Shown one piece after another: positions 1-10,614 of a DNA stretch of 16,733 nucleotides. Location of the stretch: the NCBI GenBank assembly GCA_000513175.1, contig HG380926.1, positions 85,358 through 102,090 on the forward strand, in the 5' to 3' direction. Position numbers and translations under genes: made by a program. The notes below the pieces were generated by a model. That model was not told where the DNA came from, did not search any database, and was given only the letters and a program-made list of their open reading frames with translations. The stretch is from Adineta vaga (lineage: Eukaryota). Each line of letters starts with the position of its first letter. Positions within the stretch are counted from its first letter, which is position 1.

Positions 1-95
1 ACCCACCCACACCCACACCCACACCCACACCCACGCCCACACCCACACCCACACCCACCCACACCCACACACACCCACACCCTCACCCACACCCT
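1..95. repeat. Telomeric repeat array, (CCCACA)n on + strand = (TGTGGG)n toward the chromosome end, with variant units near the inner boundary
   Basis: Near-perfect tandem CCCACA with occasional variants (CCCACG, CCCAC, CCCTCA) starting at base 1. It matches the known bdelloid telomeric hexamer, and the C-rich strand reads 5'->3' into the chromosome as expected for a left end. Confidence 0.9.
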
Positions 96-332
96 CCATC
101 AAGTATTCAAGCAATACTAGATTTAATGCAAGAAAAAACTGAATGTTTACGACGTGATATTAGTGTTGAACAGTCATTAGTTGATCGGTTTGAATTTATT
201 GATCAACAATGTCAAGATGCTTTTGACGAGTATTATGGTGATGAAACAAAACTTGTCGAAGAAATACAAAAACTCCATCTGATTACTAGACGAACACAGT
301 TACAACAAAGAAAAGAAATGAATATTTGATTA
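93..332 (+). pseudogene. Truncated 3' gene remnant (coiled-coil-like, charged) abutting the telomere
   Basis: The frame of ORF 126..329 stays open upstream to about position 93 (PSSIQAILDLMQEKTECLRRDISVEQSLVDRFEFIDQQCQDAFDEYYGDETKLVEEIQ...). The first ATG is internal to a helical-looking sequence and no upstream exon can exist because the telomere begins there. Confidence 0.4.
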
Positions 333-924
333 TAATATTAAAATATATCTCGACCCTCTTTTGTTATAGTGGTTAGTTTCGAATATTTAATCAAACAATA
401 TAAAATGTTATAATTTTCTGTTTTTTTTCTCAAGAATATCGGTACTTTTGATTATTTTAGTCCTAACATGTGAGCTGACAGGTAAAGATGCGAAAATATC
501 AAATAAACTTAAAATTCACATCTACATTCTAAGACTAAAACATCGTAAAGTCTATACTGTTGAGCGAGATAGACGATCGGATGGAATACAAATGACCACA
601 TTTACTGAGAAAACTAACGAATTTAATATATGACCACTTAGTGTGGCTTACATTTAATTGAAACAGATAATATATAACATAAAATTTAATATTCCAATTC
701 AAATCCTTAGTATTTTGAATTTTTACGTATATGTTCATTTTAACAATTAATTTACATATTAGTGAAATAAAAGAAGTATTGTTTAGATTAATCACTGTTT
801 TATTTAATATATAGTTTGTTTAAACATGTTATTAAAAAGAAACAGTTGAAAAAACTTTCCCTTTAAAAAATCAAAATGATTATATGCTGTCGAACAATAA
901 TAAGAATAAAATATTCTCTTTTTC

Positions 925-1475
925 TTAAAGTGGTAAAATCCACATGATAATTGTCGCAGCATTCGAAGCAGCATTTGGACTACAACCAAGTCCAGGTGTC
1001 ATACAACTTAATTCATATAAAGCATTTTCAATAACATCTTCAAGATAATCTGAATAATGATAATATTTATCGATGAGTTCCATTACTTTATCAATTCCAA
1101 AATAAGTTTTAATCCAATTAGGAAGTTTATTCCATCCTTTTAAAAGTGCTTGTCGTATAACACTTAATGCAAGTTTACCTAAATAAGGAAAATAATTCAT
1201 TATATTAACATATATTTTCTTTGTTTAGATATTTACCTTTACCACGAGTTTGTGATCTATATCCCAATTCATCATTATCTAAACGTGATTGAATTTCAAC
1301 TTTCTTTTCATCATTGGTTGTCAGATCGATATTTATCGACTGAATACCATAAATTCCTTGAAATAATATATAGTTTTACTTAAATACACTTATTGACTAC
1401 TAATAACTTACTCTCTGCTTCAGCACAGACAAATGCTCCAATAATCAAGAATAAGTAAAATAATGCTGCTTTCAT
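925..1475 (-). CDS. Small secreted protein, 3 exons (1475..1412, 1356..1237, 1178..925), predicted 145 aa, no family recognised
   Basis: Signal peptide MKAALFYLFLIIGAFVCAEA. Donors GTAAGT (1411) and GTAAAT (1236), acceptors CAAG (1357) and TTTAG (1179), all in frame. Joined length 438 nt = 145 codons + stop. The mature part includes KLALSVIRQALLKGWNKLPNWIKTYFGIDKVMELIDKYYHYSDYLEDVIENALYELSCMTPGLGCSPNAASNAATIIMWILPL. Confidence 0.75.
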
Positions 1476-2427
1476 ATTGATCAGTTTTGATAGTTGTGAT
1501 TTGGTCACTAATGTTTAACATTGAAGTCTTTATATACGAGTGTAGTCTGTGACTAGAATAATGCTTATCAATTAATTTGGAATTTAGTATAAATTTACAA
1601 AGCTTAATATTAATTCGCTGGTTTTTCTTAGAAAAAGATCTAGTTTCATAGAATTCTATAAGATACACTGGTTTTAATTTGACTAATTTTCCTATTAGAT
1701 TCCGTTTCATCGAAAAACAAGATGAAATTGAAAAGAAAAAATGTATTGATTTTGTCATATCAAATTTCTTCAAATCTGCGAAAAGAAAGAGAACGTCGAA
1801 TAGTGTTGTTAAAAATTGAATAGAGAAGTTTTAGATATTTATTTAAAACTTAAGAAATTCATCCACCTGTGTTCTTTCATTCTTACGAAAATTGAACTTT
1901 AAATCACCTTGATTAAGAACGTTAACATATAACAAAGTCTTCGTTAATTATTTCTTAAGATTTGATATAATTCAAAGCAAATGTCGATGGAAATTGGTGT
2001 TTGATTGTTTATTTCTTTTTACGAAGATCTGTTAACCAAAATTTCACACATGAAAGTATGAATTTTACGTTTTCTTTCTTCACTTAGATTTCATAAAACC
2101 GAAAAGAGAATACTTTCTAATGAATTTATTATATCAACGTTTGATTACGTTGATCTTGATATTAGCTGAAATTGCTCCCGATATATCATATTTTGACTTC
2201 GAATGCGCAGTGAAAATTTAGATCGAATTTATGAGAGAATATCATAGGAACATCTTATTTACATTATTTCTTTCGATTATTCATTTTCGAATAAGCTTTC
2301 AATGTAAATAAACTTACGAATGCTTTTCGAAAAAGGATCAATATATTGAAAATAAAGAGATAAAAAACTAGCACGTGTTGTAATATATTTATATGTAGTT
2401 ATTAGTAGAGTTTAAAGAAATATTTTG

Positions 2428-3550
2428 TTAGTTTTCCTCTTCTGAATAATTATCATTAAATGTTGATGGTTTTGTATCTTGATTTGAACTAATCAATACA
2501 ATATCACTGATACTAGCACGACTGGTTTGACGACTACAAGGAACATGTACCGATGGTATAAATTCACTGGATGATCCAACATTATCATTTGAATGATAGA
2601 AGGAAATAGCCGGATCTATAACACGTAGAAAAGGTGTTTTATCCAATCCGTTTAAGATGTGTGTCTCATTAAGATCAAGACCCATTTCTTCCAAAGCTTG
2701 AATTACTCGTATAGCATTAGCATCAGTATTTGAAGTAACTAAGAAAGTGCGTATTCGCCATTTATTATCCTCGCCCAATGCTTGACGAACGTTTTGTAAT
2801 TTGAGAGCAAATGCTTGTATTGGACCTTTAGCTAACAAACTTTGCTCCATTTGATGATCACATTGTTCAAAGTTTATTGGTTGAGGTTCTTCCAAAAAGA
2901 GTACACCATCTCCATCAAAAACAATACGAACTTGATCTTTACTCCATGATGAACTGTTAAATGTAGTATCTGCGGTAGTGACAGGATTATCTGAATGTCT
3001 TCATAACAAGTGAATGAAATAACAGATATAGATAATACCTTTGAATAAATTTATCAACTTACATAGTTATAGGTTGAGCAGGTATCGGCACAGATACCAT
3101 AGTATATACCAAACCAGCTGCTATACCTTGTAATGAATTCGAACTTCCGCCAGTCAGTACTTCTCTAACTTGTTCTTCTTCTGTAGATAAGAAGAGATCA
3201 CATTCCCAAGATGGAAGGTATTTTGTAACTTCTTCACCACATGTGAATGACGTTCGTGTAATCGAAAGTTTGTAATAATTGATAGAATTGATAATACGTT
3301 TTACTGACCCACCGTCGTTACGTGAAACAAGCACAATATCGATTATTGGATTGTCCACGACTTCATTCAATTTTAATAATGATTGTACAAGTGGAAATCC
3401 AACACCCGGTTGGAGAGGTTTGTTAACATTTTCACGTTGATGGTTTGTGTATGCTTCAACTCCATCACGTTTCCATATTTCATGCGATTCACTGCAATCG
3501 AAAAGTGCAGTAGATGCAATACAAACGACCAGCTTAATTGAAGATTGCAT
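2428..3550 (-). CDS. Cytosolic 5'-nucleotidase 1 (NT5C1A/B)-like protein, 2 exons (3550..3063, 2998..2428), predicted 352 aa
   Basis: Motifs recognisable from the NT5C1 family: LVVCIASTALFDCSESHEIWKRDGVEAYTNHQ, FPLVQSLLKLN, IVLVSRNDGG, VRIVFDGDGVLF, IRTFLVTSN. Donor GTAAGT at 3062 and acceptor AAG at 2999. Exon phases match (488+571=1059 nt). Confidence 0.8.
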
Positions 3551-5658
3551 TCTAATTTCTATATCTTATTTTTCTAGAATGAACGAAATAACTTGTCACA
3601 GGAAATCTTAGTAGTCTAACATTAACACAGGGTTTTTTGATCACAGAGAATAGAGTGTTGAAGTAAACTTTGATTTGATATACTATACGGCAAACGCGTA
3701 AAATGCGCATCATGTTGTTGTTAGAATAGAAGAAAATCTATTAATGCAATGAAAATGTTTCAACAAGATTTCTTTCCTTTTCTAACATATTGCGACAATG
3801 TAAAGTTCCGTCCACAGTTACACATCCGAACACGTAACAAAAAACAGACTTTTTACGCGTAAAATATTTCTATTTTTTGCCTTCAGAGAAGGTTTTATTA
3901 AAAAACCATTTGCATTTCAATTTATTCTTTCAAACTTGTTTACTAGAAAAAATTTCCCAATATAGTAGAGTATGCGCTCACTTCCTTTATTTCCTTTTCC
4001 GTCTATACTAATAGGAAATAAGAAAATCAGTAAAATTTATTTGTTATTCCTTGTCTGACATACTACGTGCGAGAAATGTAGACATCGCGTCAATTTCCGT
4101 AGCAGTTGTCACCGAAGTCAATTAAGTTTCTCATTATCAAGGTATTCAGCCATGATAACTCATGATGTATACAAGTAATACTTATCGATATCTACGTGTT
4201 CTATGTCTAAAGGCATATTTTTTTAATCAAACCTAATGATTTTCGACAACTACAAACGCCTTTAAAAAAAACCAACATATATAATACTTCAATTATTTTT
4301 CATATATGCGTATTATATTTTTTCATTCGTCACCAATATCAAATAACGATGGGTCCTGAAGTAGACGATTATTAAATACACGAAAAGTTTATAAATACGA
4401 GTCTTAACAATTAATAATCAAAAGTTCATTTCTATATCTTTCTCCATCTTTTACCATCTATTCATTTTCATGTAGATTCACCTTAGTCTTTATTTACTTC
4501 CTCTGAAAAAAGTAAATTTTTGTCAAAAATTTTGAAATTGTGATAAATTCATAAGAAGGTAGTCCATCTTCAGATCTTTCAGAAATTATATGATTTTTTC
4601 TTAGCTCATTTGAATTTAACTGGACTGAAATAGGTTTTTGAGTGAGCGGGGAGGCTTAATACAACGAAACTTAACACTAAAATGTATTGAAAAATGATGT
4701 TTTAATACATAAGAGAATAAAAACGAGCGAAATATTACATCATCTCTTGATTATTCTATGAATTGATTAGAAAGAAATGAAAATACATGATGTGTATTAT
4801 CTTGAATATTTCGTCAAAATCAGAAGAAAACAATCTGAGATACATTTATGATATGAAAGCGATAGATTTTAAGACCGAATTAGCCATCGCATGACTCAAC
4901 TATACAACAAGCTTCATATTCAAATAACTGCGAAAAAAGTTTAATTTCATTTGACAAATGCACTTTTACATGAATTAGATTTAATGAAAATAGAAAAACT
5001 AACAAATTGAAAAAATCTTCATATACCATCATCAGGATTATTTCCTCGACAGACTAATGTTACAATTGTTCAATTTTTCACATGAAAGTCTTTTATCCGT
5101 CATTGTCTACTTGAAAGGAGTTCATGACAGGGAACTCTAAGGGTCATATAGTACGGAATCTAGATCGACTGATCCAATCGAGAATAGAGAATATCAATTT
5201 GATATCAATTTTAATTAACTATTTCTCTTTTTCGTGGATAAGAGTCTTACAAAAATAAATTTGTTTCCTTGTTTGTGAGTAATGTTATTTTTCACAAAGT
5301 GCATACATATTCATTTGACACGAACTTTTATGAAAAACATGCAACCGGTAACAAGGGTAACCAGTTAAAAATGTTCTCTATATAAAATATAAGAACTTCT
5401 TTTGATGTTCATTTATAATTTATGATCATACTTTTTAAAAGTAGGTTAATTTTTAAAAGAATATTAAAAATAAATTAATTCATACTTCGAATAAAGATTC
5501 TCACGAGCAGAAAATTATTCATAATGGTTGATGTCCTCTAAATTAATTCATTTCATCAAAGAATATTCTGTACAAAGTATATTACTTTCTATTCTTTCAT
5601 TTAAAAAAAAGTAACTATCCAAATCAATTCTAAATAAAACTCTTAGATTTTATACCAA

Positions 5659-6555
5659 ATGGCATCTGAACACTATTTATCATTCGATTATGTAATAAAA
5701 CAATTATCTTATTATTATGGTATTCCAACATTTATCTTGGGATTAGTTGGTGCATGTCTTAATATCATTGTATTTCTTAGTTTGAATACATTTCGACAAA
5801 GTTCATGTGCATTTTATCTTCTTATTATGTCAATTTTTGATCTTGGTCGACTTTTATTCTTTTCATTACAAAATATTCTTTCGCTTGGATTTGATTTTGA
5901 TTTTAGAAAATTATCAATTGCTTGTTGTAAAATAAGTTTTGGCGTTTCTGTAACTTGTATATTAATTTCAACAACTTGTTTATGTTTAGCAATTCTTGAT
6001 CAATATTTTGCAACATCAAATTATCAAAAATGCCGACAATGGTCAAATATCAAACTTACTCATTGTTTAGCAACAATTTTTGTTATTCTTTGGATTCTTC
6101 ATGGAATTCCATATTATATATTTTATACGCATAGTTTTATATCAACAACAAATCAAACAGTTTGTCAATCTTCGAACGATATTTTTAGTCAATATGTAAT
6201 TTATGGCCAAATTCTAACATTGAGAAATTTAATACCGATTTTAACAGTGATATTTGGATTATTAGCTTATTATAATGCAAGAAATCTTGTACATCGAACA
6301 GTTCCATTAGTTCGTCGTGAATTAGATAAACAATTGACTGTAATGGTTCTTATTCAAATTCTTATTAGTTTTTCTACACATTTACCTTATTCAATTCAAA
6401 CGATACATAAACAATTTCATACAAATGAAAATGATAGAAATTTTCGAAAAAAAATGGATTTTGCAAGTACAGTTACTCTCTATTTTTCATTATTATCATA
6501 TTCGGTAAGAACTATTTTATTCTTTAGAAATTCGAAGTTCTATTTTTATCTTTAG
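5659..6555 (+). CDS. Rhodopsin-like seven-transmembrane G-protein-coupled receptor, intronless, 298 aa
   Basis: About seven hydrophobic segments. TM1 GLVGACLNIIVFLSL carries the typical GN-like asparagine, and DQYFAT sits at the position of the DRY box. Basic intracellular loop and a short C-terminal tail. Confidence 0.8.
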   Translation: MASEHYLSFDYVIKQLSYYYGIPTFILGLVGACLNIIVFLSLNTFRQSSCAFYLLIMSIFDLGRLLFFSLQNILSLGFDFDFRKLSIACCKISFGVSVTCILISTTCLCLAILDQYFATSNYQKCRQWSNIKLTHCLATIFVILWILHGIPYYIFYTHSFISTTNQTVCQSSNDIFSQYVIYGQILTLRNLIPILTVIFGLLAYYNARNLVHRTVPLVRRELDKQLTVMVLIQILISFSTHLPYSIQTIHKQFHTNENDRNFRKKMDFASTVTLYFSLLSYSVRTILFFRNSKFYFYL

Positions 6556-7128
6556 ACACCATTTTATACATATATTTGTGTTTCAAAACGATATCGACGA
6601 CAATTTAAATATATTCTTTTGAAAATCTGTTCAAAACCAATTCGACAAAATGAAAGTGAAGCTTCATAGAAAGTCTACTATTCTGATTCGTTGTTCTGTG
6701 ATGTTTCTTCATTGAACGTTAATTCGTTGACAAATAAAACTAAAAGTATTTCTTTTGCTGTTAACTTTAATAACTGATGTGCAAGAGACAAAAGACAAAA
6801 ATATACTTTTTAATTAAATTTTATCAAAAGATTCATAAAAATAACAAAAAAGAAGTACCCTAGAAGTTCGAAAACTTCTTATTTCCACATTTATTGATGT
6901 TGAATCTTCAAGAAACTATATGCACAAAAATAAATTGAAATTTGTATAAGTTTTGTTTTATAAACGATTTATAGAGGGCGCTGATAAACATCGATATCTT
7001 CTTCTTTTCTTATAAATGGTTATTAACTTGTTTACACGCGTCCTTCACTGATTCGTTTTCGTCGTTTACTCTATATACCTTTAGATATAAATATCATTAC
7101 GATAAACAGTTTTTTTCTATCATATAAA

Positions 7129-8115
7129 ATGGCGAGTAAACAGTTAGTAACTATCGTTGGATCAACCGGTGCACAAGGAGGTGCTATTGTTCGATCATTA
7201 GTTGAAACTGGTAAATATAAGGTATTTAACTTTTTTGTTTTTTTCTTCTTCTTCATCATCTTTTTCATATATAAATAGATTCGTGGTTTAACACGTGATG
7301 CAAAAAGTGAAAAATCACAAGCAATTGCACGTTTAAGTAAAGATATTGAAATGGTTACATGTGATATTGGTAAAAAAGATGATGTTGAACGTGCATTCAA
7401 AGATTCATGGGCAATTTTTGCATTAACTGATTTTTGGGCACAACCGGATAAACCTGAAATAGAAATTCAACAAGGAAAATTAATGGCTGATGTTGCTGAT
7501 TCTCTTAAAGTACCTTATTATATCTATAGTACACTTGAAAATGTAGAAAAAATATCTGGTGGAAAATTAAATGTTCCACATTTTACACAAAAAGCTCAAT
7601 TACGTGATTATATCAAAGAAAAACATCCAAATTTAAAAACAATCTATGTTGAACCTGCATTTTACATGCAAAATTGGCAAGGTTTTTCAAAAGTACAAAA
7701 ATTAGATAATGGTACATTTGTATTTGCTCATCCAATGGATCAAAAATCATCATTACATATTGTTGATATCGAAGATACAGGTCCAATTGTTCGACAAATT
7801 TTAGAAAATCCTGATAAATTTGTTGGACAAGATATTTGTATTTGTGGTGAAGAAATTCGTTTTGAAGATGTTCCGAAAGTCTTTACAAAAGTAACTGGTC
7901 AACCAGCTATATCAAAATCATTAACAGAAGAAGAATATCGTGGTGCAACAAGTTTTCTACCTAAACCAGTTCAAGATGAAATTTTTCATATGTTTAAATG
8001 GTTTGAACAATATGGTTATTATGGAAAAGATAAAGATTGGAAAAATGGACAACAACTTACAAAATTAAATACATTTGAACAATGGTTACAAAAAACCGGT
8101 TGGAAAGGTGAATAA
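7129..8115 (+). CDS. NmrA-like family NAD(P)-binding protein, 2 exons (7129..7221, 7279..8115), 309 aa
   Basis: Rossmann glycine motif TIVGSTGAQGGAIVRSLVETGKYK in exon 1, then IRGLTRD...KSQAIARLSKDIEMVTCDIGKKDDVERAFKDSWAIFALTDFW. Intron 7222..7278 is GT...AG, phase 0, 57 nt. Confidence 0.88.
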
Positions 8116-8249
8116 AATAGACAAACGTTTTTTTTTATTGAAATAAAAAGTAGATTTTAGTAGAAGAATTTCATATTGTTTCTTTTTCTTTCAACAATAT
8201 TTAATGATTAAGAAAGAAAATCATACGAAAACTTTTTCTAAGAGAATGT

Positions 8250-8735
8250 TTGAATAAGAAGAATTGTACAATTGATATATCTTCAGAGAACAAATCAGAA
8301 TTATTATGTGATTTAAATGATGGAGTAAACGATTTTTTGATAAATATGATCATTGATCCTCGTACTCATGTAGAAAAACAAACAGTAACATTTTTTCATC
8401 AATGTGATGGATGTAATCGTGATATATTCTTATCAAAAGTACAAATTTATATTAATAAATATTATGATTTATCATCATTATGCAATATTCTAATAAATTC
8501 AATCAAACTGTCACTACTTTTCATTTATTACCATTATATAATGTCATTGACAATGAAATTAATTCGTTTCATAGTCGATCAATTATTGTTTGACGCTATA
8601 AATAATTTCACGATAAGTCGTAATACAATTAAACTTTTTGAAAGGAAGAAAACTTGTAAACAAGTGGAACATGTATCTGATGTTGATTCAGAATATTTCA
8701 GACATTCAAGCTCTATTTTCCTTCACCCTCTTTAA
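8250..8735 (+). pseudogene. Possible remnant carrying a degenerate ZZ-type zinc finger
   Basis: ORF of 161 codons opening at a TTG. FFHQCDGCNRDIFLSKVQIYINKYYDLSSLC resembles H..CDGC...I.G.RYKC..C.DYDLC..C with several ligands missing. No clear start codon or splice partner. Confidence 0.25.
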
Positions 8736-9037
8736 TTGCATTTGCACTCATGAAGCCATTGGAAAGGATCTTTAGCTTTTATCTGATATATAAAAAAAGC
8801 ATTTTAATTTGAATCTTTTGAATTGATAATATTCCAAGTCTTCAGTTAAAATTACGAGTCAACAAAGAGACAATAAGTTGTTTATATGATTTCAACAAAT
8901 ATAATTAACAAATGAAGAATGTATTCAAGCATTTGTTTAATGAATAAACCCATTTGAAACCTTTTCGCTTTCGAATGCACTTATCTATAAAAGCATTTTG
9001 CAAATCTATTTTTTCAATCAGTGAAAAGAACCGTATA

Positions 9038-10563
9038 ATGAATACAAAATACTTACTCTTCTTTGTTATATTACAAATTTGTATTGTATATGGATCACAT
9101 TTTCGTGGTGGAACATTTACATGGTAAGTTCTATAGGAAAACTTTTCTTTCTTGAAATTTTCTCTTGTTGATAAGAGACCTTTGAATGCAACTCCATCTG
9201 GTAGTACAGCCGATTTTCTAATACGCGAAAGATTTTCATGGCGTAGCAGTTATAATTTTCCTGCTTATGGTATTATTTGTTATTGTGATGATACAACTAT
9301 TGCTACTAGTGGTACAATTGGTGAGAATGATATATTACGATGTACTGCTGGTAGTTATTGTCCTTCTTGGAGTTATTTGAATACAACAACATTTTGTACA
9401 GATTACAGTACTATTCTTGACGTTAGTTCGGGTGAAAAAACTCGAGTATATACATTACCATTAAATACTTCATTTACCATTTATTATTATAGTGGTAATT
9501 GGCTAAATGATCTTGTTAAAGGAGGTAATACAGTGTGGTATGTTGCAAATCGTGTTAGTACAAATCTTCGACCAGATGGTTATATTAATACCAGTCCTGT
9601 TGCTGTTACACTTCCAATTATCTACAAAGAAATCAATATACAACATGTACATGTTATTCAAATGTCTGATTTTGATACTAATGATATCTTACAATGTCGA
9701 TGGGCGAATGCAAACTTTTCTTATAATACAAATCAATATGATGAATGTGGTGGAATTTGTAGTGGTGTTCCAGGTGCTCTTCTTATTCAAGCAAATTGTA
9801 CTATTGTATTTACGTTAACAACGGCTGGACTCTATGCAGGAGTTGCATTGCAAATAGAAGATTTTTATGACACTGCAGCACAGATAGCCAATAAACCGAT
9901 GAGTTCAGTTCCACTTCAATTTCTCTTTTATGGCTATCCTGCACCAACTGGTTGTACAATGTCACAAAAAATCACTGGTAATCGACCTAATCGTGGTAAG
10001 TTTGCATAATACTATATACTCTTTTATTCTTATTTTGATTTTTTTATAGCTTGTATTGGAATACCAATCGGTTCCAATGTTACCGAATATGTTATAGTTG
10101 AAACATATTGTCCAGGACAAACAATTGATAATTTTATAACAAGTAGTCCAATTGGAATGAAAAAAGTGCAATTCTCAATCCAAATCCAGGTCAGTTATGA
10201 ATGAATTATTCGACTATAATTATAAAATTTCTTTCCTTTCATAGGTATTTATCATTTGATTCTTAATTGGATTCCCGTATCTGCTCAATATGGTCCTGAA
10301 CCATTTTGTGCGGGTGCTATTGATAATAATAATCTACAATCCAATCAATGGTGTGTTACATTTTTAGTTGGTTTTGATTCACCAGATGTTATTCGACCAA
10401 AAGTTGTTCAAGGTTCCATTTCTCCAATTGGTACTATTTTTCAAAATCACACAACTTTTTCATTTTAAAGTAAAACTTATTCGTCATTATTATGATAATT
10501 GAATGTGAATGTTTTTGATTTTTTAGCAACAAAATTCGTTGGTCGTCCTAATCGTAATGATCT
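9038..10563 (+). pseudogene. Secreted 'SHFRGG' extracellular-type protein gene, apparent exons 9038..9123, 9178..9995, 10050..10189, 10245..10469, 10527..~10563; several frame or stop lesions and 3'-truncated
   Basis: Signal peptide plus MNTKYLLFFVILQICIVYGSHFRGGTFT; long Cys/Asn-rich ectodomain; GNRPNR|ACIGIPIGSNVTEYVIVETYCPG; YGPEPFCAGAIDNNNLQSNQWCVTFLVGFDSP. Introns about 54-57 nt with GT...AG. The canonical junction of exons 1/2 gives TG|A, exons 3/4 are out of frame, and exon 4 ends in an in-frame TAA at 10466. Confidence 0.6.
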
Positions 10564-10587
10564 TCTATATATATAAAGAAAAAAGTT

Positions 10588-10614
10588 TGTCTGTCTGTCT
10601 GTCTGTCTGTCTGT
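10588..10614 (+). repeat. (GTCT)n microsatellite inside the first Helitron-like 5' end
   Basis: Uninterrupted tetranucleotide run TGTCTGTCTGTCTGTCTGTCTG; much shorter in the second copy (GTTTGTCTG). Confidence 0.9.

Noticed and set aside
1-95. Simple microsatellite interpretation of the CCCACA array
   Set aside because: Location at the very end of the window, correct strand orientation and match to the bdelloid telomere hexamer make a telomere the better explanation, though this needs read mapping.
535-795. ORF 535..795 (-) and ORF 448..633 (+)
   Set aside because: AT-rich, no recognisable motif and no splice partner; chance ORFs.
1420-1773. 117 aa minus-strand ORF 1420..1773
   Set aside because: Overlaps the well-supported exon 1 of the secreted-protein gene in another frame, opens at a non-ATG codon and is low complexity.
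3600-5650. Search for genes, tRNAs or a retroelement in the ORF-free stretch
   Set aside because: No long ORF, no terminal repeats and no tRNA-like cloverleaf noticed by eye; left as unannotated AT-rich intergenic sequence.
9507-10171. ORFs 9507..9818 (+) and 9962..10171 (-)
   Set aside because: The first is out of frame within the SHFRGG ectodomain exon; the second spans its intron on the opposite strand.
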